From the NCBI GenBank assembly GCA_052390255.1, contig JBQTHC010000039.1, positions 16,084-80,083 on the forward strand: a DNA stretch of 64,000 bases, in the 5' to 3' direction. A model generated the notes under the pieces. It was not told the origin of the DNA. It was given only the letters and a program-made list of their open reading frames with translations, and ran no database searches. Numbering within the stretch: position 1 is the stretch's first letter; every line of letters begins with the position of its first letter. This document shows positions 23,548 through 32,396 of the stretch, piece by piece. This DNA is from Microthrixaceae bacterium. Lineage in GTDB: Bacteria > Actinomycetota > Acidimicrobiia > Acidimicrobiales > VFJN01. The position numbers and the translations under genes are program-made.

Positions 23548-24392
23548 GCGCGGACGCGAACCGAGTCGAGCGCGAGGCCTGGAACGGCGAGCGCGGCGAG
23601 CGCTGGGTCGTCGACCCCGATCGGCGCGACCGCGTGATGCGTGCGGTGGCCGAGGCCCTCCTCGACACCGCTGCGCTCCGCGCCGGCGAGTCGGTGCTCG
23701 ACGTCGGCTGTGGTTGCGGCGCCACGACGCTGCTCGCCGCGGACGCGGTCACGCCCACCGGCACCGTCCACGGCGTCGACGTGTCGGGTCCGATGCTCGA
23801 GGTCGCGCGCGCACGAGCCGCCGCCGTGGCCGCGCCTCACGTCACCTTGGAGCTTGCCGACGCGCAGACCCACGCACTGCCCGCGCAACGCTTCGACGCG
23901 GCGATCAGCCGCTTCGGCACGATGTTCTTCGACGACCCGGTCGCGGCCTTCACGAACGTCGCACGCGCACTCCGCCCCGGCGGACGGCTCTGCATCGCCA
24001 CGTGGCAACCGCTCCACGCCAACCCCTGGCTGATGCTCCCAGGGGCGGCGCTCCTGCGCTTCGGCTCGCTCCCCGACACCGGCGGCACCGGTCCGGGAAT
24101 GTTCGCCCAATCAGATCCGAGCGTCGTCGAGCAGACCCTCGCGGCCGCAGGCTTCTGCGACATCGAACCGCGACCGATCGAGGTGCCGTTGCGCCTCGGC
24201 GGCGACGTGGACGAGGCGATCGCCCACCTCATCGACACCGGCGTCGGTCGCGCGGTGCTCGACACGATCCCGGAGGCCGCGCAACCCGAGGCACTTGCCG
24301 CGGCCGCCGAGGCGCTTGCCGACGTCGTCGGCGCCGACGGCGTCATCCTCGGCGGCGGCATCCTCGTCACGACCGCGCGCACCCCAACCTGA
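23544..24392 (+). CDS. Class I SAM-dependent methyltransferase
   Basis: ATGA overlap with the merR stop. SAM motif 'VLDVGCGCGATT' and 'ALRPGGRLCIATW'. Confidence 0.8.
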   Translation: MSADANRVEREAWNGERGERWVVDPDRRDRVMRAVAEALLDTAALRAGESVLDVGCGCGATTLLAADAVTPTGTVHGVDVSGPMLEVARARAAAVAAPHVTLELADAQTHALPAQRFDAAISRFGTMFFDDPVAAFTNVARALRPGGRLCIATWQPLHANPWLMLPGAALLRFGSLPDTGGTGPGMFAQSDPSVVEQTLAAAGFCDIEPRPIEVPLRLGGDVDEAIAHLIDTGVGRAVLDTIPEAAQPEALAAAAEALADVVGADGVILGGGILVTTARTPT

Positions 24393-24405
24393 CTGCAGTT
24401 GCGGT

Positions 24406-25485
24406 TCACCGCGCTGGGTTGGCGACACGACCCGCGAACCGACCAGCCGGACGCACCGCGCGATACGCATCGACCACCGGCTCGAGCTCCGCCGGAGCCG
24501 AGCCATGAAGGATCACGCCATCCGCGCCGGCGTCGAACTGGTCGAGGACGCGGGCCGCACACATCGCGGCATCACCGACCGCGGCCGGGAGCCACTCCGG
24601 TGGGATCAGCCCGCTGATGTGGTCGAGCTCGGACAGCGTCGCCTTCGCATCGATCGCGCCGGCGATCGACGCCACGACCTCGTCCGCACGGAAGCGCTCG
24701 AGGGGGGCGGGGTCCCACCCGTTCATCGCCACGAGCGCGTCGCCGTAGGCCTGTAGGTAGGTCGCCATCCGCCCGGTGACGCCGCGGAGACGGCGCTCCT
24801 CATCGGGCTCGTGCAGCGTGGCGAGCACCGACCACACGCGCACCGCCGCCGGATCCCGGCCCGCCTCGTCGGCTCCGGCGCGCACGGCCGCGACGCAGCG
24901 CTCGAGCGCCTCGTCGCTCACGAAGGTGTGCAGGATCACGCCGTCGGCCACGCGACCCGCCCACCGCATCGTGTTGAAGCCGAGGCACGCGGCCATCACG
25001 GGGATGTCCTCATCGAAGCTCGGGTCCAGGACGAGCAGCGGATAGCGACCCGCGGGGCCGTCGTGTCCAACGATCATCTCGCCCTTCCAGAGGCGGCGGT
25101 AGACGCCGACGGCGTCTTCCATCTGCGCCATCGTGATGCGCGGGATCCCCATGATGTCGGTGAGCGGTGCGATGCCGCGGCCGATCCCGAGCGCGAAGCG
25201 CCCACGCGTGAGGCGATGCATCGTGGTGGCCCAAGCCGCGGTGACGAGCGGGTGGCGCGTCGGCGTGTTCGTGACGCCGGTGGCGATCCCCACCTCCTCG
25301 CTCACCGCCGCAGCGGCACCCGTGAGCGTCGCGGCCTCCTTCACGTTGAAGCGCTCCGACAAGAACACGGAGCCCAGACCGATGCGCTCCGCGTCGCGCA
25401 CCTCATCGAGCAGCACGCGTGGATCGTCGACGTGCCCCGCAAGCCCGTAGCACCCGAGCTCGACCATCCGATCCTGTGCGTGCAT
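24406..25485 (-). CDS. LLM-class (luciferase-like) flavin/F420-dependent oxidoreductase
   Basis: 'GLGSVFLSERFNVKEAATL', 'RFALGIGRG' and a TIM-barrel LLM pattern. The start could instead be the Met 6 codons downstream. Confidence 0.8.
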   Translation of the reverse strand: MHAQDRMVELGCYGLAGHVDDPRVLLDEVRDAERIGLGSVFLSERFNVKEAATLTGAAAAVSEEVGIATGVTNTPTRHPLVTAAWATTMHRLTRGRFALGIGRGIAPLTDIMGIPRITMAQMEDAVGVYRRLWKGEMIVGHDGPAGRYPLLVLDPSFDEDIPVMAACLGFNTMRWAGRVADGVILHTFVSDEALERCVAAVRAGADEAGRDPAAVRVWSVLATLHEPDEERRLRGVTGRMATYLQAYGDALVAMNGWDPAPLERFRADEVVASIAGAIDAKATLSELDHISGLIPPEWLPAAVGDAAMCAARVLDQFDAGADGVILHGSAPAELEPVVDAYRAVRPAGRFAGRVANPAR

Positions 25486-25501
25486 CCCGCGGGTCTAACG
25501 G

Positions 25502-25548
25502 ATCTGTGGGCGCTGCGGCACGCGATGCGTGTCCGGACGCCCACAGAT
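25502..25548. repeat. Palindromic intergenic repeat, TCTGTG...CACAGA superfamily, copy alpha
   Basis: ATCTGTGGGCG / CGCCCACAGAT (11 bp, perfect) with an inner GCACGC-GAT-GCGTGT hairpin. It lies in the divergent LLM/P450 intergenic region. Confidence 0.85.
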
Positions 25549-25571
25549 GCTGTTGCGGGTAGGTTCCGGCC

Positions 25572-26774
25572 GTGCCCGGCGACCACGAACCGCTCACCGA
25601 TGCGCTCCTCGACCCGGCGACCTACGCGGGGGACCCGCACCGCGCGCTCGCCGCCCTGCGCGAGCGGGCCCCGCTCGCGTGGAACGCCTCCAAGGGCTTC
25701 TGGGCGGTCGCCCGTCACGCCGACGTGAGCGAGATCTCGAGCGACCCCAGCCGCTTCTGCTCCAGCAAGGGGATCCTCGTGGAGGAGATCGGCGTCACCT
25801 ACGACTCGCCTCCCACGATGATGCACGCCGACCCGCCGGACCACACGCGCTACCGCAAGCTCGCGCGTCCGGGGTTCACGAACGCAGTCGTCCGGGGCCT
25901 CGAGCCCTTGGTGCGACAGCGCACCGCGGCGATCCTGGACGACCTTGCCGTGAAGGCCGCCGGCGACGCGGTGGTCGACGTCACCGCGCACCTCGCCGTG
26001 CCGCTGCCGATCCAGCTCATCGCGGCGCTCCTCGGCCTCCCCGAAGGCGACGAGGAGCGCCTGTTCCGCTGGTCAGAGGCCGCGGTCCCCGGCGCCACCG
26101 ACTGGTCCGACGACGAGCGCATGGCCCTCCTCGGGGAGATGACCGTGGAGCTCCTCGGTCTCGCGTCGCAACGGCGCGCGAAGCCGCGTGACGACGTCGT
26201 GTCGATGCTCGCGGGGTACGAGGAGGACGGCGAGTCGCTCACCGACGACGAGCTCGGCATGTTCCTCATCCAGCTCCTCGTGGCTGGCAACGAGACCACC
26301 CGCAACTCGATCTCCGGGGCGCTCGTTGCGCTTGCCGAGCACCCTGAGCAGCTCGACCGCCTCGCCGCGGATCCGTCGCTCCTGCCGACCGCAGTCGAGG
26401 AGGTGCTGCGCTGGACCACCCCGGTCACCTCGTTCCTGCGCACCGCGGTGGCTGACACGACGCTGTCGGGCGTGGCGATCGCCGCGGGCGACCCGCTGCT
26501 GATGCTCTACGCGTCCGCGAACCGTGACGAGGAGGAGTTCGGTCCCACCGCGGGAACCTTCGACGTCGGTCGCACGCCGAACCACCACGTGGCCCTCGGC
26601 CACGGTCCTCACTTCTGCCTCGGCGCCGCGCTCGCGCGCCTCGAGCTCACGGTGGTGCTCGACAGCGTGGTCGAGCGGTGGCGGCGGCTCACGGTGGCCG
26701 GGCCGGTGATACGCAGCGGCTCGTCGATCATCGCCGGCATCAAGGCCGCACCCCTCACGCTGGAGCCGCGGTGA
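25572..26774 (+). CDS. Cytochrome P450
   Basis: Heme-binding loop 'ALGHGPHFCLGAALAR', the 'AGNETT' I-helix and the 'EVLRW' ExxR motif. Confidence 0.9.
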   Translation: MPGDHEPLTDALLDPATYAGDPHRALAALRERAPLAWNASKGFWAVARHADVSEISSDPSRFCSSKGILVEEIGVTYDSPPTMMHADPPDHTRYRKLARPGFTNAVVRGLEPLVRQRTAAILDDLAVKAAGDAVVDVTAHLAVPLPIQLIAALLGLPEGDEERLFRWSEAAVPGATDWSDDERMALLGEMTVELLGLASQRRAKPRDDVVSMLAGYEEDGESLTDDELGMFLIQLLVAGNETTRNSISGALVALAEHPEQLDRLAADPSLLPTAVEEVLRWTTPVTSFLRTAVADTTLSGVAIAAGDPLLMLYASANRDEEEFGPTAGTFDVGRTPNHHVALGHGPHFCLGAALARLELTVVLDSVVERWRRLTVAGPVIRSGSSIIAGIKAAPLTLEPR

Positions 26775-27559
26775 CCGCGGCCGACCTCGCGGGTCGACGC
26801 GCGATCGTCACCGGAGGCGCCGCCGGCATCGGCGCGGCAACCGCGCGCCGGCTCGCCGCGGGTGGCGCGAGGGTCGCGATCCTCGACCGCGCCGGCGACT
26901 CGGCGCGCGCGGTCGCCGCAGAGGTCGGCGGCCATGCCTTCGCGGTCGATGTGTCCGATCCCGCGGCCGCGACCGCCGCGGTGCAGGCCGCGGCCGAGGC
27001 GCTCGACGGCCTGTCCGACGTCGTCGTCAACGCCGGGTTCGGGCTCAACAATCCGCTGCACCGCTACACCGACGACGAGTGGCGCCTGGTCGTCAGCGTG
27101 AACCTCGACGGCGCGTTCCACACGCTGCGCGCGGCGATCCCGCTGCTGGTCGAGCGCGGTGGCGGCAACGTCGTCACCGTCGCCAGCCTCAACGCGAGCC
27201 GGCCGCTGCAGGGTGAGGCCCCGTACAGCGCCGCGAAGGCCGCCGTCGTCAACCTCACGCGCACGGTCGCGCTGGAGTACGCGCCGACGATCCGAGCCAA
27301 CTGCGTGTCGCCCGGCATGATCGCCACCGCGCTCACGTCGATCATCACCGACGATCCCGAGTTCACCGCGGTGGCCGAGGCAGGCACCCCACTCGCGCGG
27401 ATCGGCTCCGCCGAGGAGGTCGCGGAGGTGATCGCGTTCCTCTGCTCCGACGGCGCGCGCTACGTCACCGGCCAGGAGCTCGTGGTCGACGGTGGCGCTG
27501 GTCTTCCCAACCTCCAGGCAGACCACATCGTGCGCGCGGTGCGCGAGCGCTTCAGCTGA
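26771..27559 (+). CDS. SDR-family oxidoreductase
   Basis: GTGA overlap with the P450 stop. 'TGGAAGIGAA' and 'YSAAKAA' form the catalytic YxxxK motif. Confidence 0.9.
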   Translation: MTAADLAGRRAIVTGGAAGIGAATARRLAAGGARVAILDRAGDSARAVAAEVGGHAFAVDVSDPAAATAAVQAAAEALDGLSDVVVNAGFGLNNPLHRYTDDEWRLVVSVNLDGAFHTLRAAIPLLVERGGGNVVTVASLNASRPLQGEAPYSAAKAAVVNLTRTVALEYAPTIRANCVSPGMIATALTSIITDDPEFTAVAEAGTPLARIGSAEEVAEVIAFLCSDGARYVTGQELVVDGGAGLPNLQADHIVRAVRERFS

Positions 27560-27569
27560 CCGACCGCGC

Positions 27570-27618
27570 GTTCTTGGGGCGCTTCGTACCGAAGACCGGA
27601 ACGCATCGCCCCAAGAAC
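27570..27618 (+). repeat. Long-hairpin intergenic repeat, family 2, copy 2
   Basis: GTTCTTGGGGCG-CTTCGTACCGAAGACCGGAACGCAT-CGCCCCAAGAAC. The outer 12-bp arms are perfect. It starts 11 nt after the SDR stop, between convergent genes. Confidence 0.85.
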
Positions 27619-27632
27619 CCGATGGTGTGAGG

Positions 27633-28094
27633 TCAGACGTAGTCGAGATCCGCGGCCTCGCCCTCCTCGACGGGACGGGAGCACGTCGGGCACCACCAGC
27701 GCGCGTCGAGGGGCGTGCCGCAGGTGCCGTGGAGGAGCGCGCCGCCGACGGTGGCGTCGCGCCCAGCGCCCCACTGTGCGAGGAGCCGCAGGGCGCCAGC
27801 GAGCTCTGCGCCCGATGCGGTGAGTGCGTAGGCGGCCCGGTACGGGCGTTGTGAGTACGGCACCGCGGTCACGAGCCCACCCTGCCCAAGCGCCTTGAGG
27901 CGCTTGGAGAGGATGTTCGGCGCCAGCCCGTCGAGCGCCTCGAGCAGCTCGCCGAAGCGTCGCGGCCCGTCCAGGAGCGCTTCGACGAGCAGCAGGGTCC
28001 AACGGTCGCCGACCTGTCGAAGGGCCGCGTCGAGGGGGCTGAGGACGCCCGGCGCCGCCGGACCTCCTCGAGTCGGGTTGGAGGTCTCTCGCAC
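27633..28094 (-). CDS. HxlR-family winged-helix regulator with C-terminal Cys-rich extension
   Basis: 'VGDRWTLLLVEALLDGPRRFGELLEALDGLAPNILSKRLKAL' is the HxlR core. The extra tail is 'HGTCGTPLDARWWCPTC'. Confidence 0.8.
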   Translation of the reverse strand: MRETSNPTRGGPAAPGVLSPLDAALRQVGDRWTLLLVEALLDGPRRFGELLEALDGLAPNILSKRLKALGQGGLVTAVPYSQRPYRAAYALTASGAELAGALRLLAQWGAGRDATVGGALLHGTCGTPLDARWWCPTCSRPVEEGEAADLDYV

Positions 28095-28106
28095 CCAGGT
28101 AGAGTA

Positions 28107-28140
28107 ACTTGCAAATCACAAGTGACCCGCGATGGGTCAC
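28107..28140. promoter_or_regulatory. Two adjacent palindromes between hxlR-like and protease genes (candidate operators)
   Basis: ACTTG-CAAATCA-CAAGT (28107..28123) and GTGACCC-GCGAT-GGGTCAC (28122..28140). Both are perfect. Confidence 0.35.
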
Positions 28141-28169
28141 GTGCGCTCTCCCGAAGGGAAGGACCGCCC

Positions 28170-29084
28170 ATGGCCGCACCCAGCTCACTCACTGACGCCC
28201 TGCAGGCAGCCACACACGCGGTCAGCGAGGTCGCCGGTGGCGCCGTCGTCCGGATCGGACGCCACGGAGGCCGCGGCTGCGGTGTGGTGGTGGCGAAGGA
28301 TCGCGTGCTGACCAACGCCCACAACCTGCGGGACCGAACCACCGAGGTGACCTTCGCCGACGACCGGGCCGCGCAAGGCGAGCTCGTCGGGCTCGACGCG
28401 GACGGCGACCTCGCCGTCGTGTCGGTGGACACCGGAGAGGTCGCGCCGATCCCCTGGGCGGACGACGTCCCCGGCACCGGTGCCGCAGTGTTCGCGCTCG
28501 GTCGCACCGCCGGCGGCGGCGCTCGCGTCACGTTCGGGCTCGTGAGCGGCGTCGAACGAGCCTTCCGAGGCCCCCGCGGCCGACAGGTGCGCGGCAGCCT
28601 CGAGCACACGGCGCCGCTCGCCCGGGGCTCGTCGGGGAGCCCGCTGCTCGACGAGACGGGGCGGCTGGTCGGCATCAACACCGCGCGGCTCGGCGAGGGC
28701 TTCTACCTCGCGCTCCCCGCCGACGCTGCCCTGCGCGAGCGCGTCGATGCCTTGGCACGCGGTGAGTCGCCGCGACGCCTCGTGCTGGGTGTCGGTCTCG
28801 CGCCGAGCGACGTCGCCGCCAAGCTGCGCGCCTCCGTCGGCCTCCCCGCTCGCGCCGGGCTGCTCGTGCGGACCGTCACCGACAGAGGCGCCGCCGACAG
28901 AGCCGGCGTGCAAGTCGGTGATCTGCTCACCGCCGCTGGTGACATCGCGCTGGCGACAGTCGACGACCTGCACCGCGCGCTCGATGCCGCTCGAGTGAGC
29001 GACGCGCTCGTGCTCCACATCGTGCGCGGCAGCGACGAGCTCGATCTCACCGTCACCTTCGACGAGCCCGCCGCGTCTGACTGA
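28170..29084 (+). CDS. S1C (HtrA/trypsin-like) serine protease with C-terminal PDZ-like domain
   Basis: ATG at 28170 follows GAAGGGAAGGA. 'VLTNAHNL' carries the His, 'DLAVV' the Asp and 'GSSGSPLLD' the Ser. The C-terminal 'GDLLTAAGDIALATVDDL' is PDZ-like. Confidence 0.8.
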   Translation: MAAPSSLTDALQAATHAVSEVAGGAVVRIGRHGGRGCGVVVAKDRVLTNAHNLRDRTTEVTFADDRAAQGELVGLDADGDLAVVSVDTGEVAPIPWADDVPGTGAAVFALGRTAGGGARVTFGLVSGVERAFRGPRGRQVRGSLEHTAPLARGSSGSPLLDETGRLVGINTARLGEGFYLALPADAALRERVDALARGESPRRLVLGVGLAPSDVAAKLRASVGLPARAGLLVRTVTDRGAADRAGVQVGDLLTAAGDIALATVDDLHRALDAARVSDALVLHIVRGSDELDLTVTFDEPAASD

Positions 29085-29108
29085 GCCGCGCCTGCTCGTC
29101 CCGGCGCG

Positions 29109-30044
29109 TCAGACGGCGGCGAGCAGCGGCACGGGTGCGTCGACAGGCAGCTGCTCGGCGCGGCGCGAGGCGAAGCGTCGGCCTGCCTTGCCGATGCGGT
29201 CGATGCGCTTGACGAGCGCGGCGCGCGCCGCGTCGGCCTCGGGCGACAGGCCCTCGATCGCCTCGACGCCCCAGTGGCGTAGAACGACCGGCACGAGGAT
29301 GAGGTCGTGGTGGGTGGCGAAGTCGTAGATGCCGGCCTTCGCGATCGCCTTGGCGTGGGCGTCGTAGTCGACGATGCCGGTGCCCGGCATCTCGAACGTG
29401 CGCACCTGGCGCTCGATGGCGAGCACCATCCCAGACGGATCGACCTCGAGCGCCGCGCTCACGAGGTCGCGGTAGAAGAGGTGGTGGCGGTTCTCGTCGC
29501 TCGCCACCTTCTTCATCACCTCGTAGCCCGCCTTGTCATCGAGCAGCTTGCCGGTGTTGTGGTGCGCGATCCGGGTGGCGAGCTCCTGGAGCGCGACGTA
29601 GGCGAACCCATCGTGCGGGGTCTCCGGCTCGGGGACCTCGCCGCACTCGACCTGTGCCATGCGCGCCCGTTCGAGGGCCACGGGATCGATGGCGCGCGTG
29701 ACGGTGAGGTAGTCGCGGATCACGATCGAGTGGCGGCCCTCCTCCGCGGTCCAGCGACGTGCCCATGCACCCCACGCCGAGTCACGGCCGAACATCGCCT
29801 CGATCGTCCGGAAGTAGTACGGCAGGTTGTCCTCCGTGAGGAGGTTGACGAAGAGGGCGCTGCGGACCTCATCGGAGAGCGTCACGTCGTCGGCCGACCA
29901 CTCGTAGCCCGGCTCGAAGTCGCGCCCCCGGCTCCACGGGACGAGATCGTGGGGGAACCACTCCTTCGCAGACGACAGGTGCCGCTCGAGGAGGCGCTCT
30001 GCAGTGGGCTCGAGGTCGGCGAGGAGCGCTTGAGGGGAGAGCAT
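29109..30044 (-). CDS. Acyl-ACP desaturase (soluble di-iron, DesA-like)
   Basis: 'LTEDNLPYYF', 'WTAEEGRHS' (EExxH), 'ELATRIAHHNT' and 'SDENRHHLFY' are di-iron ligand motifs. Confidence 0.85.
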   Translation of the reverse strand: MLSPQALLADLEPTAERLLERHLSSAKEWFPHDLVPWSRGRDFEPGYEWSADDVTLSDEVRSALFVNLLTEDNLPYYFRTIEAMFGRDSAWGAWARRWTAEEGRHSIVIRDYLTVTRAIDPVALERARMAQVECGEVPEPETPHDGFAYVALQELATRIAHHNTGKLLDDKAGYEVMKKVASDENRHHLFYRDLVSAALEVDPSGMVLAIERQVRTFEMPGTGIVDYDAHAKAIAKAGIYDFATHHDLILVPVVLRHWGVEAIEGLSPEADAARAALVKRIDRIGKAGRRFASRRAEQLPVDAPVPLLAAV

Positions 30045-30056
30045 CCCGACAGCCTA

Positions 30057-30072
30057 CCTACCGGTCGGTAGG
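30057..30072. promoter_or_regulatory. Palindrome CCTACCG-GT-CGGTAGG 13 nt upstream of the desaturase start (candidate operator)
   Basis: 7-bp perfect arms. It lies in the 90-bp region upstream of the desaturase gene. Confidence 0.25.
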
Positions 30073-30134
30073 CAGGGAAGTCAGGGGTCGGAATGGGGTG
30101 AAAGGGACACTCGTGCGGCAGGAACCACAGGCAG

Positions 30135-30968
30135 TCAGATGCGACCGTCGACGACGTCGTCGCCGTAGACGGCCCGCGCCCAGTGCTCGACGTCCGGACC
30201 CCTGCGCAGGTGGTGGCCGCCGTCGACCCCGATGCACTGACCGGTGATCCAGGACGACTCGGGGCCGCAGAGGAAGCGGACGAGCGCGCCGACGTCGTCG
30301 ACGGTGCCGGTGCGGCTCACCGGCATCTGGGCCAGGTAGTCCGCGAGCACTGCCGGATCCTGCTCGAGTGGCGCTGCGAGCTCGGTGGGCACGATGCCCG
30401 GGCGCACCGCGTTGACGCGCACGTTGGCGCGACCGAGCTCGTCGGCGGCCGTGCGGATCAACGCCTCGAGACCCACCTTCGAGACGCAGTAGGCCGACAT
30501 GAACGGGTGCGTGAGGGGCGCGGCGATCGACGAGATGCCGACGAATGCGCCACCCCCGGATCGGACCATCGCCTCGCCCGCGTGCTTGAGGGTGAAGAAC
30601 GCGCCGGTGAGGTTGATGCCGAGCACGCGGTGCCACTCCTCGGCCGGCATCGCGATCACTGGTGCGAGCGCGCCCGTCCCTGCGGACGCGACGCAGATCT
30701 GGAGCCCGCCCGTGATCTGTGCTGCGACCTCGACCGCTGCCGCGACGTCGTCCTCCATGGCGACGTCGCACGTGACGACGCGCACCTCGGCACCCGGCGG
30801 TGCCTCGGCGCGGAGCTCCGCCGCGGCACCGTCGAGGCGCTCCCGACCACGCCCCGCGAGCGTGACCGACGCGCCGTCGCGCAGGAGGTGGCGCGCGCAC
30901 CCGAGCCCGATGCCGCTGCCCCCGCCCGTGATGAGCGCCGCCTGTCCCGCGAGCACCAGCTCGGCCAT
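30135..30968 (-). CDS. SDR-family oxidoreductase
   Basis: 'ALITGGGSGIGLG' and 'YCVSKVG' (YxxxK). Confidence 0.85.
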   Translation of the reverse strand: MAELVLAGQAALITGGGSGIGLGCARHLLRDGASVTLAGRGRERLDGAAAELRAEAPPGAEVRVVTCDVAMEDDVAAAVEVAAQITGGLQICVASAGTGALAPVIAMPAEEWHRVLGINLTGAFFTLKHAGEAMVRSGGGAFVGISSIAAPLTHPFMSAYCVSKVGLEALIRTAADELGRANVRVNAVRPGIVPTELAAPLEQDPAVLADYLAQMPVSRTGTVDDVGALVRFLCGPESSWITGQCIGVDGGHHLRRGPDVEHWARAVYGDDVVDGRI

Positions 30969-31032
30969 CAGCTCCCCCTCGTCACCAGACCTAGCCTCGG
31001 GACGTTAGGCGGTGCCGACGGCACTGGTGCCC

Positions 31033-31431
31033 TCAGGAGGGCGGCGCGAAGAACTCGAGCGGGATGTTGTCAGGATCGCGGAACGACAGGCCCGACCCGT
31101 ACGACGCATCGACGATGCCGCCGTGCGGGATCTCGAGCTCGTCGAGCCTCTCGACCCAACGCTGCAGAGCGGCCCGGTCCTGGCATGCGAAGGCAAGGTG
31201 ATCGAGACCGGGACGCAGCTCGTCGGCCGGCTCGTTGGTTGCCGAGGCGGTGTGCTGATGCAGACCCAGGAGCGTGCCGCCCAGCAACCAGACCACGTGG
31301 TGGAACGGGCCGGTGTCCTCGTCGAGGACCGGTTCTGCGTCGAACAGCCGTCGGTACCAAGCGACGCTGCGAGGCAGGTCGCTGACCGTCAAGGCGACGT
31401 GTCCGATGCTGGGGAAGGCGGTGTCGGGCAT
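31033..31431 (-). CDS. VOC (glyoxalase/bleomycin-resistance/dioxygenase) family protein
   Basis: 132 aa with 'IGHVALTVSDLPRSVAWY' and 'GLDHLAF'. Confidence 0.8.
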   Translation of the reverse strand: MPDTAFPSIGHVALTVSDLPRSVAWYRRLFDAEPVLDEDTGPFHHVVWLLGGTLLGLHQHTASATNEPADELRPGLDHLAFACQDRAALQRWVERLDELEIPHGGIVDASYGSGLSFRDPDNIPLEFFAPPS

Positions 31432-32396
31432 GGTTCTCCTCTCGTGGCGGCAGGCGCCGCCGGTGGTTGATGGACGGTGAGCGTGAAGACGTCGGGACGG
31501 GCGTAGTGGCCGACGGGATCGAACTCGCGCCGGGCCGCGACGAGGGTTGCGAGGTCGAGCGAGGCGGTGAGCATGCCAGCCTCGAGGGTGAGCGGCCCTT
31601 CGATGACGTTGCCGTACGGTCCCACGATCATCGTGTTGCCGCGGGCGAGCCAGTCGTCGTCATCACCGGGGTACAGGTCGTCGGCTCCCGGAAGCGAGCG
31701 CGGGATGTCACGCGCGTGCAGGCATGAGTTCGTCCCGACGACGAACACGCGGCCCTCCCTCGCGATGTGGCGAAGCGTGCACGGCCACGAGTCGGAGTTG
31801 TCCCACGTGGGAGTGAGGAGCACGTCGATGCCCTGCTCGTACATCGCGACGCGTGCCAACGGCATGAGGTTCTCCCAGCACGTCAAGGCCCCGACCCGGG
31901 CAAAGCCCATGTCGAGCACCGTGAGCGTAGAGCCGTCGCCGTGGCCCCACAGGGTCCGTTCTCCTCCCGTCGCCAGGAGCTTGCGGTGCAGTCCTGCCAC
32001 CGACCCGTCCGGCGCGAGGTACAGGACGGAGTTGTAGAGGGTGCCCGATGCGACACGCTCGCTCACGCCGAGGGCCAGCCACGCGCCGGCCCTGCGGGCA
32101 GCTGCGCCGAGCGCATCGGTCACCGGTCCCGGGATCTCCACTGCCTGCTCCCACAAGCGCTGGTACCACACCCGGTCCGACCAGGGCTTCGTCCGCCACA
32201 CCCAGTCGGGATAGCCAGGAACGATCGCCTCGGGGAAGGCGACCAGCTGAGCGCCTGACGCTGCCGCTTCCTCGACGTAGGCCACCAGCCGCTCCACGGT
32301 GGCATCCCGATCGAGGAGGACCGGCGTCGCCTGGACGGCTGCGACGGTGAACGCGCCCGCCTTCACTTCGTCACCGACGCCACGAGCAGCTCGCAT
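31389..32396 (-). CDS. Nitrilase / carbon-nitrogen hydrolase family protein
   Basis: 'VAAVQATPVLLD', 'LVAFPEA' (Glu), 'HRKL' (Lys) and 'GALTCWENLMP' (catalytic Cys). The start is uncertain: ATG at 32396 or a nearby GTG. The 3' end overlaps the VOC gene start by 43 nt. Confidence 0.8.
   Translation of the reverse strand: MRAARGVGDEVKAGAFTVAAVQATPVLLDRDATVERLVAYVEEAAASGAQLVAFPEAIVPGYPDWVWRTKPWSDRVWYQRLWEQAVEIPGPVTDALGAAARRAGAWLALGVSERVASGTLYNSVLYLAPDGSVAGLHRKLLATGGERTLWGHGDGSTLTVLDMGFARVGALTCWENLMPLARVAMYEQGIDVLLTPTWDNSDSWPCTLRHIAREGRVFVVGTNSCLHARDIPRSLPGADDLYPGDDDDWLARGNTMIVGPYGNVIEGPLTLEAGMLTASLDLATLVAARREFDPVGHYARPDVFTLTVHQPPAAPAATRGEPCPTPPSPASDTSP

Noticed and set aside
24386-24425. Sixth full member of the palindromic repeat family
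   Set aside because: Only a degenerate right-arm-like half is present (GGTTCACCGCGCTGGGTTGG versus GGTTCACAGACGTTGGTTGG). It lies largely inside the LLM coding end. It is mentioned as a possible relic and not called as a feature.
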